A DNA stretch of 64,000 nucleotides, from positions 292,593,765 through 292,657,764 of the forward strand of contig NC_133620.1 of NCBI RefSeq assembly GCF_048593235.1, read 5' to 3'. The notes under the pieces are model-generated. The model had not been told where the DNA came from and did not search any database. It worked only from the letters and a program-made list of their open reading frames with translations. This document shows positions 48,426-60,200 of the stretch, one piece after another (within the stretch, counting starts at the first letter, position 1; the number at the start of each line of letters is the position of its first letter). A program made the position numbers and the translations under genes. Source of the stretch: Sminthopsis crassicaudata. Lineage: Eukaryota.

Positions 48426-49328
48426 CTGTGGGAGAGAAGTCAGGCTAGTTCCTGCTTTTACTGCCATCTTGGTTCCAACTCCATTTGTTCTTATGGTTCT
48501 GCTCACTTTATTCTGCTTCAGTTGTTAGAAATATTCCCAGAAATATTCTTTTTGTCATTTTGTCTTTTGTCACATACATCACAATAGTATTTCATCACCT
48601 CAGTTTCCACTTTGCCATTTCAAAAAGTTATATTTTTATAAATATGAATTTTTTTTCTTTCATCTCCCTAGGGTATAATTAGTGTATTCATGAAACACTA
48701 GGTTCTAAGAAAGAGATTCGGAATGTGAAAAACTCACAAAGGCTTCTCAAAGGCTTCAAGTCTTTTGTCAAAGGACAGGAATAGATATAGGTAGTCTAAT
48801 TAGTCAATTTGGACATTGGAGACAAGGAGGGAAAGAGGAAGTGAGGGTTAGATCTAGAGAATTGGTGAGGAATTAGAGAAGGTCCTAGTCAAGAAGAAAC
48901 TATGCACATTTTGTCTATATCAGTAGCTGCATGCTAGGAATATTGGAAGAGCAATATGCTAATACAGGATATGATGAGGGTGCTTTCATCATAAAGGTAA
49001 TTTCTCTGGTAATAATATGCTTTAATGTGCCTGTTCCCGGGGAGGTAAAGTCCCTTAGCTGTCCATGTCCTTAGTGATTTGGTGGTTTGGACAACCTTGG
49101 TCATGCTGACAAGATAAGTCCCAGGATATGTAGTCTCCCTTTGTGAGTTAAGATTGACTATGGGAATAGGGTGGGCTTGGTTAGAGTTCACATCATTATG
49201 GCTGGATTAAAAAATGTTTAATAAGTTCAAGTTTCTTTTTTCCCAGAATGGTTTAACAAGTTCATATTTCCACTAACTTTTCCATAGCACTTCCAAATTT
49301 GTCATTTTCTTTTCTGACAATTTGCTTT

Positions 49329-50694
49329 ACCTGTCTGTCGCGGTCCCCCTTATGTACACCCACAGGAATGTCTCAGCTTAGGGGAAGACCAGACGGTCCC
49401 AAGGCTGACGTGCTACTGCCCAAAGTGACCTCATAGGGACCCCGAGTCTGTCTTCTCTGGGCTGAGAAGCCGCCAAGAAAAAAGCTGTAGTCCAACCCAA
49501 TGATGCTGGAACCACACACTCCCTTTCCTCTATCACGTCATGACTGATTTTACCCATTTCTGGCCCTTCGTGGCAAAAAAGACAAATCATGGTTCTATGA
49601 GAACCCCCTCCCCCTTGCCTGTGGTCATCCCAACTCTGTCCTTAGAACGGGTGCACTTAGTGAGCCCCGAGGGAATCCCCCGATTCCTGAAGCAGTCCAG
49701 ACCTTTCCAAGATCACATTGTTCCCTCTGCAAATTGAACTTTGAATTAAACATTCAGTGCTTCGGCTCATTGACCATCCTGAATCGAGAGTTTGCCCTTA
49801 GAGCTCTCCCATCCAGATGGGGCAGACACAAAAGGGGGTGTCCGTCTGCTTCCCAGCTGGGATGGGTTTTTCCATCACCCCCTGAACTCCAATTTATGTT
49901 TCTGTTCCTTAAAATGAGCGATGCTGTTCACTTGACAAAATTCAAGAAGCGTTTCTTAAGCTCTGATCTAACCCAAGCGGAAGGATGAGAAGCCAGACCC
50001 TAGATTTGGCCAGACTGGTGGCTGTTTTTCTGGCAACTCTTAAGAGTCTAAAAGTTAATATTGATTGCTTCAGGGAGGTCAAAGGTCAGCCTAACACTTA
50101 GTCCTTTTATTGCACAGTTCCAAAAATTAATGGGTTTCACACAGCTTTGAAAGAATTGGGGGTCACAATTACTGCTGCTCTTATCACCCTGACTGCTGTT
50201 TTTGGGAGACGTGGTTCTGGCCACCGGCATCCCATGCTCAAGACATTCAATTGCTGTCACGCTGCCCGCAAGAGTGGACTTTCTGAGCCATGTGAGAGCA
50301 CGATGGTTGGTCACTTTAGCTCTTCATCCAGTCTTTTCTGACACGTGTTTCTGTATCCTTGGAAAAAAACTGACAGATCCTGAAAACCCTGAGCATTCAT
50401 GGATCACATCTGAGCCATGGGCACATCATGGACCAGGACTGTGGAGGGGAGAATGGGCGAGATTCAACTCCTGTAGAGTTGCAGTAGTGAAATCCTCACT
50501 TTTAACTAGAGTCACCAAAAATATCACTTGTGCACATTCAGATGTCTTGTACTAATTGTGTGGCCCCTTAAAGCTATGCATAAAATGCTTGTGTTGTGTT
50601 TTAGAAATATTCAGTGTTTGAGTTACAAGCATTTGTCTATACATAAATCTATATGCAGAATAAAAATGATATAAAGGACTTGTAAAAAAAAAAA
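49329..50694 (+). pseudogene. Probable processed pseudogene (retrocopy) of an unidentified gene
   Basis: Intronless ~1.35 kb island, richer in GC and CpG than its flanks, with a GC-rich 5' end, AATAAA (50659-50664) and an A11 tail (50684-50694). It splits an L1 fragment whose two halves are contiguous (…CTGACAATTTGC | AATCTGGTGGTGAG…). All frames are interrupted and the parent was not recognised. Confidence 0.65.
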
Positions 50695-50752
50695 TCTGGT
50701 GGTGAGTTTGAACTTTGAAATTGCTTTAATTTGCATTTTTTCTATTTCTGAT

Positions 50753-50901
50753 TTATTATTATTTTTGCTGAGGCAATTGGGGTTGTGACTTGCCCAGGAT
50801 CACACAACTAGGAAGTGTTTAAATGTCTGAGATCACATTTGAACTCAGGTCTTCTTGAATTCAGGGCTGGTGCTCCATCAGCTGTATCACCTAGCTGCTC
50901 C
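50753..50901 (-). mobile_element. WSINE1-like CORE-SINE
   Basis: Same family as 32941-33092. Confidence 0.8.
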
Positions 50902-51886
50902 TGATTTATTACATTTAAAAAAAAATATGGCTATTGATAATTTAGATTTCTTCCTCTGAAAACTGCTCTCATATCCTTTGATCATTATTCAATGGGGTAA
51001 AACTCTTATTCTTATAAATCTAAATCAGTTCCTTATATATTTTGGAAATGACAGCTAACAAGTCACTACTTTCCTATTCCCCTGCTTCTCTTCTAATTTT
51101 AGATACATTGTGCAAAATTTTTATTTTTTTTTCCCCAACAAGTTAAGGGGTTAAAGTTCACTTGCCCAGAGTCACATAGCTGATAAGTGTTAAGAGACCA
51201 TATTTGAACTCAGATCCTTCTAACTTCAGGCATAAAAATGAAGGCCGTCTCTGTTACTTTACATGAACTTCTCTATCCCTTCTTTTATCATGGATTCTTC
51301 CCAATTTCTGGCAGAAAAGGGAAGCCACTTTATACTTTGATAAAAGGAAAACATTATTATACTAGTAGTAGGCAGTATGTCTAAAGGAATGAAATGAGGA
51401 AAATGCCCAAATCAGAGGCATTCAATGTCCTCAACAGTTTAAATTTTTTACAAATTATCTTTTTAGATAGCCTTTATTTTCAAATATATACTACCCCAAT
51501 TACTTAACCCAGAGAGCCATTCTTTTTAATAAAGAATAAAAAAATTTACCAAAATTATAAAGCAGATTCAATAATGTAGCTAAAACTGCACTGACTTTTG
51601 AGACACATAAATTAATGTTATTACAGAGTAATTTTATTACATATAGTTCACTTTGTACCAGCTAATGTTTTCTTAAGACTTCTCTATATTCTTAACATTC
51701 ATTTCTTTAACAGAAAATGTATCCATGTGCTACAATTTATTTAGCTATTTTGCAATCAATTGGCATGTTTCCAGTTTCTTTTTTAACTACAAAAAATGTT
51801 ATATTTTGGTATATATATACCCTTTATCTTGATGTCCTTCCCCCAGAGCATATTTCAAGACTCTTTGAAGTGAAGCTCAACAATAA

Positions 51887-52012
51887 GGGGCAGTTAGGTG
51901 GCTCAAAGGATAGAGCACTAGCCCTGAGAGATCAAATCTGATCTCAGATACTTAACACTTATTAGCTGTGTGACCCTGGGCAAGTCACTTAATCCCAGTT
52001 GCCTCAGCAAAA
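51887..52012 (+). mobile_element. WSINE1-like CORE-SINE (internally shortened)
   Basis: GGGGCAGTTAGGTGGCTCA...GGGCAAGTCACTTAATCCCAGTTGCCTCAGCAAAA. Confidence 0.8.
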
Positions 52013-52060
52013 GAGGAAAATTCCCTTGAAATTATTTTTTAATTACAAGCTGAAGAAATT

Positions 52061-53000
52061 TGTTAAGGTGGAAATCTGAGTTCCATGCAGTCATCTATGT
52101 GTTAACTAAAGTGTGGGAAAATGAACTCTTACCCAAATTAAAAGCAGAAACTCTCAAGGTAAAAAAAGCAAAAAAGGATTTATGATGATCTCTGGATAAA
52201 GGGCAACTCCTAACAGAGGAGTGCAAAGCACAAAGTGCAAAATACAAGATTACATAGACCCTAATGCAGAAGTCTGGACACCTTTCTGATCTTTCCTCCT
52301 ATTGGCTAAAGACAGTCTTATATCTTAATGTGGAAATCTACGTCTGAGATAAGGAATACCAGTGAATCTTTACCTAGTAGGTACTTAAATAAAAAGTCTG
52401 AGGGTAGGGTTGGGGAACAGGAGGGGAATTAAGTTTATCTAAGATATATAGCTTTTAGCTGTAGCTCAACTTGTTATGAAGTCTTAGGTCACAATTATGG
52501 CAATGGTTTTGACAAGGGAATGCCCCTTGTTCATAGAGGTCAATTACCTTGAACTTTATTCTTCTTGTCCCACCCAGATTCCTTAATCCTATCTCACTCT
52601 AGAAATCAACCCCCACTGATATTAACTACCACTAATCAGACTTTCTATAGAATTGAACTGAAGCCTATTCAAACCCAAAATTCCCTATTGCTTCAGTAGC
52701 CATCAAGACCTGAACTCTGATCATAAAACTAAGTACTCTGGGTGAAGCACTTTTCCTAGTCCCATTTTGGGAGCTTTTGTCCACTAAGAGGCTTGCTCTC
52801 TTAATGATATTAAGAAATAAACTTTTCTATTTCTTTTTTTTTTCTTTTTCTGAGGCTGGGGTTAAGTGACTTGCCCAGGGTCACAGCTAGGAAGTGTTAA
52901 TGTCTGAGACAGGGCAGGTGCTCTATCCACTGCGCCACCTAGCTGCCCCTAGGCCAAATTGACTTTTATGATGAATCCCTTATTTAATAACTTCACTCAT
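52061..53000. mobile_element. Candidate solo LTR(s), interrupted by a SINE at 52831-52949
   Basis: Starts TGTTAAGG, contains ATTGG and a 3' AATAAA (~52817), LTR-like composition. No internal retroviral sequence. Confidence 0.4.
52831..52949 (-). mobile_element. WSINE1-like CORE-SINE with internal deletion
   Basis: TGAGGCTGGGGTTAAGTGACTTGCCCAGGG...CCACTGCGCCACCTAGCTGCCCC. Confidence 0.8.
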
Positions 53001-53228
53001 GTTCCCATCTCAAAAATTTCAGTGTTCGTTTGTTGTGCTTTACAGATGCTCTTGTTTGTATCCCACAACTTCTAGATAGTATTTGAAAGTGGTTCCTTAA
53101 TACTCCAATTCCAGGATTCTTTCCACTATTACAGGTTCTGTGAGAGAAAAATTAGATATAATTATAACTTGAAAAAAGCTACATACTAGAGACAAAAACA
53201 AAAAGGGCAGGCCAGACTTTTTAGACAC

Positions 53229-53234
53229 TTTAAT
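53229..53234 (-). terminator. Candidate RPP21 poly(A) signal
   Basis: ATTAAA on the minus strand ~140 nt after the predicted stop. Confidence 0.5.
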
Positions 53235-53375
53235 GAATCCTTTATCTGAAAAATGGCTCAGGTTTCCTAGGCGTTTACATGAAATCGCCTCCCAGGCATT
53301 GTACTCTGAGTTCCAGATGCTGCAATCTCTTCCCAGAGGTCTAGGCTGAGACTGGATGGCTTGTGTGCAACAGAC

Positions 53376-54382
53376 CTATTCAGATTTGGGGCCTGGAGAC
53401 GAAGCAAAAAAAGACTGAGACAAAACAGCATCCCTTCCCATCAAGTCAAGAATCTCTATTCCCCAAAGTCCATTTTACACAAGGTCTTCCTCGATTAATA
53501 CACGCCATTATTCTGATTTTGAGATTAGGGATATTTTTTTTCCTTACCCGGCTGGTTCCCCATCTGGGCCTCAGGCTGGTCAACCCAGAGCTGGTGTCTG
53601 GGATCATTGAGAAATCTGCGGCTTCGATGGCATATTAGACAAGTCTGTACTGTCCAGCGCTGACCCTGGCGGCCTGGGATGGGGGGAGGTAAGGGCGGGG
53701 TATAGAGGAAAACTCTAAGGCCGCCTCTCCTTCCACCGCCCCCGCCCTAAAGCTTCCACCCGCCCCATGCGCTTTCCAGTTCATCTAATTGCAGAGGGGA
53801 AGACCAACCCTGTTAGGTGAGACTATAGTTAGAAGAGTTTAGAGAGAACGTTACTTTCTGGAAAATCCAGATGCAGCACTCGAGAACAAAAATAAAACGT
53901 GGGTCTGCCCTTCCTCATCTCCACCTCAAAGCCCAGGATGGAGGTGACACTCACGCCTCTGTCGCTGGGTGCAAGTCAGACCTGGGATGAGAAGGGAGGA
54001 GCAGCCGCGACAGAGGGTCCTCTTCACCGAGGGGTCTCTTGGGGGGCGAGATCAGACAGTAAGATCACCCTGAGGTTCCCTCTCCCGCTTGTTCGCCCTT
54101 CCTCTCACCCCCCACCCGCCAAGGTCTCACTGTCGCAGGACAAGCCGCTTCCCGATAGTTTTCTCCGTGTGGCAGTAAAACCTCGCCAGAGCCTGGTTCT
54201 CAGGGTTTTGGGCTAGGACGCAGTGGGCCGCCTAGCAAGGAAGAAAGGGGCGCAGATCGATCTCCGGATCCACGCGAACCTCCCTGCCCCCCTTCTTCCT
54301 TCCTCTCCCTCCATCGCGTCCTCACCTGGTACAGGAAGCTGAGTCTCTGAAATGCCTCCTTGTCCTTCACCAACCCCGCCAT
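53376..54382 (-). CDS. RPP21: Ribonuclease P protein subunit p21 (predicted 127 aa, 5 exons)
   Basis: Exons 54326-54382 (MAGLVKDKEAFQRLSFLYQ), 54131-54231 (AAHCVLAQNPENQALARFYC), 53955-54037 (DPSVKRTLCRGC), 53548-53673 (QRWTVQTCLICHRS), 53376-53392 (GPKSE*). The zinc-ribbon CxxC pairs are intact. The last exon is less certain. Confidence 0.93.
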
Positions 54383-54600
54383 CGGTTCGGCAACCTTACA
54401 GCACCCGGCCTATGAGAACCCTCCCGCGCCTTTGCGACGACTCGCGCGGCTCCTACTGGGAGTTGTAGTCTCCCCGAACTTTCCTCCGCCCAGAAATTAG
54501 GCCTTCCCAGGACAGATATTTCCACTCAGTCCCGCCTCCGAGGGCTAGCCTAGCACACGTGACCCCTATTCCCCATCCACGTGCTAATCCTCCCAGTTTC
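54383..54600 (-). promoter_or_regulatory. RPP21 promoter (CpG island ~53630-54560)
   Basis: ZNF143/THAP11-type motif ACTACAACTCCCA (54457-54469, minus), CACGTGAC near 54555, CpG-rich. Confidence 0.7.
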
Positions 54601-55164
54601 ATTTCTATGGTCCTTTTAAGAATTCGGAAGTCTGGGATCCCTTTTGCTTTCTTCCTGGGATTCACTAATTCCACCCAACTTCGGTCAAATCTCGATACAC
54701 ATAAACAGATTAGAGATGTAAAGTAAACATTTATAAGTCATAATGGAACGATTTTACAACTAAAGCTGAGACTCAAAAATGACTTGCCTAAAATCCAGCT
54801 GACGGTCAAACCTCACTCAAAACTTCCGTTCTTGACTCCAGCTCTTACCCATTTTCACTACAGTGTCTGCCTCTTGGGATAATATAAACTTTTTATAGAT
54901 GGTTACAGGGCAGAAGCATCTCACACATCTTTCCCCACGTTCAAAGATCATGAAATCTTAAGTTACCAAACAAAATTATAAGATAAAATAACACAAAGCA
55001 CTTTGCAAGCCTTAAGTATGAGCTGTTATGAAAACAAACTTGTTTTCTGGCCTGAGAGTTTTGAGGGTAGACAAATCAAAAAAGTAGTTAGACTATCTGG
55101 GGGAATTTCATACCCCAAGATGCCTTTATAAGAACTCAAGGATGGGTAGTGCCAGAGATTAAAA

Positions 55165-55171
<7 letters not shown>

Positions 55172-55207
<36 letters not shown>
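55172..55207. repeat. A-run plus (AT)n microsatellite
   Basis: Direct reading. Confidence 0.9.
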
Positions 55208-55210
<3 letters not shown>

Positions 55211-57248
55211 CAGACTTTTTTTCTCATCACACTTTGTTCTCTACCATGTTCTGGAAGGCACATCAAACTTTCAAACTGGGAAGATACACATTCAGATCTG
55301 GTGCAGAACACATTCTACCTGTATGATCATTTAAAGTGGATGCCCCAGAAAACTTTGTGGCCTAACAAAGAATTAGTAAAATTACAGGTCTAGCATAGAG
55401 TAGTACTGGCCTAGCTTTGGAGGCAGAACTGAGCTCCCATTCTATCTCTATGACCTGGAGTATGTCTCAACTTTATTTTCCCATCTGTAAAGTGCTTTCA
55501 CAGGAGGTTACACTAGATAGCCTCTATGATTTCTCCCAGCTCTATGTGATTAATTGCAATTAAAAGTTCTTGAACTTTTGAGTCCTGAACTGATGAATTA
55601 GATGGAGAAAAGACAATCTTATTTTGCCATAAAATAAGATTCTATTAATTTCATTAATCACTAGTTCAATATTTACATATTAACATCCCCATGACTATCG
55701 GGCCATAAATAGTGCCCAGGCAAAAGACTATAAGAAGACTGGGATACCATGGGAAAACTTCATGACTATCAGCCCACTGTTGGCAAGAGACTATACAGAG
55801 ACTGAGATACTGTGGGAAAACTTTTTTTGGTTTGGGGTGCAGGGGAGGTTGAAGGGAGCCAGGACAAATCTGATTCACTCAATAAGCTTGTGACAGTGAT
55901 ATTTGCTTGTTTGTACAAAATCTTAGTTATCAATAGCCACAGACTGTGTATGCTTTTGGCAACGTATTTGCCTTCATTCTATTTTGGCGAGCCTTAGTTT
56001 GAACATGGTAATAAATCAGGTAAAAAGTTTAGATACAAGCTTGGGTTCAAAATTTAAAAACATTGTTGGAAACCTTAGTAATGAGGTGAAAAGTGCTGCC
56101 TGGTCCCACCTTACCCATCCTGCCAGCCCCAAATGTATGAAGTGAATGAGATGCAAATATTTCTAGTTCCATTAATAGTACAAGTAGTATTATAGAAGGG
56201 ATCTCAGATTATCTAGTTCAATCCCATTATTTGACAAATGAGGTAATTAATCAGTTAAGAATGAGCAAGGGACTGGTCCAAGCTCATGTAGCTACTAAAT
56301 GGCAGAATCTGGATTTGAATCTGTTTCCCCAAGTTCAAATCCAGTGCTTTCCCTACCCTCCATCATCGTGCTACTTCCCTACTTTTGTGCTATAGTTCCA
56401 TTTATTCAAACGCTTTTCATAGCTAGGACAAATAGAATTAATTCCTTCGTCATAATTCCTGAGTCATCTTGGGGAGTGTTTGCTATTTCTGGGCTCCAAA
56501 CATTTCTCTGCCTCTTAATTTTCATTACCTTCACCAGGGATGTGCCTGAGACAGTATAACTCCAAGAAAGATGGAGAAGATATCACAACTTTTTCTCTCT
56601 ATTACACCTAGCTAGGGTATAACCAGAGGAGACTCATTTTGTATTCTTCCCTATAACTGGAACCTCTGGCTCCTCTTCAACCCTCTTTTCCCAACTTTCC
56701 TTTCCCAATCTTCTTTTAGACTTTGACCCAGACCAACTTTAACACTCTTCTTCCCATGTGACTGACAATTCACCTTTATTTCATTCTAGGGATACAGAGA
56801 TTATCCTGCTTCCCTCAAATGAACAAAACTGTCCTGGACATATAAAATCACCCCAAATGGGTGAACAGAGACTTCAGGGTTCCCTGCACCTATTTCTGTC
56901 TTGGAGGGAATTGGGCCCCCTAAAGTCCTCTGGCAATGAGGAAATTGGTGAAGCATAGACCAGGCAACCGAGACATTCTCTCCTTCAATAAATCTCTCCC
57001 CCATCTTCACAAAATGGGAAGAAATCAGTCTTTAGGTATGTGATCTCTAAGACTCTCTTCCAGGCCCAGTATCTTTCCTACGATAATCTTCCCTACTACT
57101 TCACCTTCTCCAGGATACAGGACATAAGCCTGATAGAGTAAGGAAACTTCTAGCAGCAGGACACAGGAAATTAAGAGACACAGTTCCAAATACCTGTCTC
57201 CCCTATCACCATCATTACTTTAACATCCCACCCTGTCCCTTCCCATCA

Positions 57249-60200
57249 TCATTCCCAATCTGTTGGAGGCCGGATGGTAAGAGGTGCTGCATTCTTCCGT
57301 CCTGCTCGGATACCCGGGTAGAAGAGGGGCCAAAGTTTTTCAGTGAAGGTATCAGTAAAAGTATAGATGTGCGAGCGGTCAGTAACATTGTAGAAAGACA
57401 GTGTGCCAGCCTCATAGTCCAGGAATACACCCACCCGCTTGGGTTTCACTTTTATGCAGAGAGGGGTGAAAGGTGAAGTTGTGGCTGCATATTTATCCCC
57501 ATTCCACAGTCTAACCCTCCAGTATCCAGTCTCAGGCAGTGGAGTTAGCTCGCCTTTTCGGCTCACAGAGTCCTGGCACACACCTACTGCCCAGTGGGTT
57601 TTATCACCCACTTCCACCTCCCAGTAGTGACGACCTGAAGTGAAGCCCTCTGTGGCCAGGACACAGGGGTAAAAGGTAAAGCGCCGAGGAGTATCAGGTA
57701 AATCCCGGAGCCGAGTTTCCACAAACTTGACGCTTTTTCGGTCCTCTGACAGGACTAAGTTAGGATGAGCTGTCTCTGGATCCAGGATGACATCCGCTGC
57801 AGGAAGAAGCCAGAGTAAGGAAGAAGGTGGGAAAGATGCAATGGACCTAACTTTGTAAGGCCTATCTTCTCTAAGATCCCCCAAACACTATTATTTGGTT
57901 GACTTTTAGTTCATGTTCATGTTCATGGAGGGAATGCATTTTCATCCTAAATCCCAAACGTATTCCCTTACAGCAAATTCTTTGACTATCCAAAAGCTAA
58001 TTGGCTAAGGGATGATTAATTCAGATTTTGGCCTTCTCCATTTTTTTGATTCACTAAAATCTGCCCCAATATGTTGAGAGGGGGAAGGGCAAAGACTGAG
58101 GGCCAGAAAGAGGGAAGAAGTTAATTGGGAAGGAGAGAAAACAAGGCTGAAGGTATGAGAAAGAAAGAATAAGGGGAGACTGGAGACCAGCCAAGGGAGG
58201 TCAGTGGGTGAGGAAGGTTTGAGGAGGCAGAGGGGAAAGACCTAATGAATCTCTCTCCTCCCTATATAATCTTGCAGCTAGTTCTCTTTTTGGCCCAACT
58301 CACCCATCAGCTGTTTAAGGATCTTCCTTAGGGCAAAGTACTGTCGGGGAAAGCTGCTGAAGTTCTTTTCCAGCTCAATGGAGACCGAGGTCACCTCCAT
58401 GGTCTTCACCTTCTCACATCTGGGAGGGGGGTGGGGTGGGAGTGGGGATAAGGGGCTGGATCAAGGAAATGCCCTAGGCAACTGGGCCACAGCTATCCAA
58501 GTCTTCAAAGAGAAGCTGTGATCTCCAGTCCTTCCCATTCCTTGCTCCCTAACTGTAGCCAAAAATTCCTTTCCTGTTTGATTCTTAATCCAATCAGCTA
58601 GATGGGGGAGGATAGGAAGGGCAACACAGGGTCCCCAAATAACCTCTCCTTTTAGATTTCTCTTTATACCCCTTTATTCCCTCTTTTCTAGTCCCATTCC
58701 AACTAGTAGATTGAGATAAGATTGAATTCTGTCATAGTTCACTATGTACAGGAAAGTATAAGCAATAAACTGGGAGAAGAGGGTGCTGTCTAGGTTGTCC
58801 CAATGACCTTGTGCCTCTTGGTGGTAGGTACCTTTCTTTCCCACTCTAAGGCCCTGTTGACCTTGATCCCCCCACAGGCAGCTGGTTCAAGGAGTCACTT
58901 ACTTTTCCAGGGTGCTTTTGACATCCTGCAGAAGAGAAAGGAGCAGAATTAATTTTTATTGCCCTTCTACTCCCAGACTTTAGCTCTTCCTACCCCTGAG
59001 GGGTCCTCCCAAGGTTCCCAGGGGTTAAGACTTCAGTATCTCCAGAGAAAGCAAAACATCCCAGAACTGGGAGAGGCAAGGAGATGGAGGATGAAGCCAA
59101 GTAAAGAAGAAAAAAATTCTTGTTGGGGCTCATAGCCTCACTTGACATTTTGTTGGGTTTGCAATCTGAGGTTCAACTTTGTTACTTTATCATGATGCTC
59201 AGATTATTATTTCCAAATTATTTCATGTAAATTTGTCTGTGTTCTTCCACAAGGGGGAAGTAGCATGGCATAGTGGATAGGATCTTGGTATTAGAGTCAA
59301 GAAGATCTGAGTTCAAGACCTGTATCAGAAGCCCATGAGCTGTGTGACCACCTTGAACTTTAGTGTCTGAGCCATTAAGACACAAAGTGAGTGTGATAAG
59401 CACCAGATGAATGAGTTTCTACACCAAGTATACAACACACTCAAGATCCAAAAAAATCCTGGCAGGCAAGAACAGCATTAAAATAAATGTATTAAAATGA
59501 AATTCAACAGAAATAAATATATCACTTTCCCTTTTGATCAACCCTTCCCCCCAATTTCACAAGTATATGTTAGGGAAGGAGTATGATTAAATAGCAGTTT
59601 ACCTGAAGAAAATATAGGGATTTTAGGATTAAAATCTCTCTCTGAATCAGCATACATGTAATATGACAGTCCATACAGTAAAAATGACCATAGGCTGTGT
59701 TGGGGCACAGCTTCCTGGAATATGAAGGCAGCAGGCCCTTCTACTCTGGTCATATATTACTGGGGTTATTCTACTCAGTTCTGGGCACTATAGTTTAAGG
59801 ACATGGATAATTTGGAGAAACTCTTGAAGAGAGCAGGGGGGCCCAACTAAGATGGTGAAAGGTCTTGAGTCCACATCATCTGAGGAATGGCTAAGGGAAT
59901 GAGTTAGGGGATGTTATACTGGAGATATGACTTGGGAGAACATAATACCTGTGTTCAAACATTAAAAAAGTTGCCATTATCAGATGGAAAAGGTAGAACA
60001 AAAATAATGATGTAGAAGTCATAGAGAGTTTAGTTTTAACATCAGAAAAAACAATATTATGGATGCCAATTTCTCATTATATTGGGAATCCTTTCAGATT
60101 TGGTTGGATTATGTAGCTACTTGGATCTCTTCAAAAACCTAAAAATTCTGAGTCTTGAATTTTCCATACTGATGGAATTATAGGTCTGAATCTACTCCCT

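Noticed and set aside
48700-49200. C/A-rich minus-strand stretch that looked like a NUMT or novel ORF (48934-49191)
   Set aside because: No mitochondrial gene motif is recognisable; the texture and a THKGRLHILGLILS frame fit a degraded L2 endonuclease region better.
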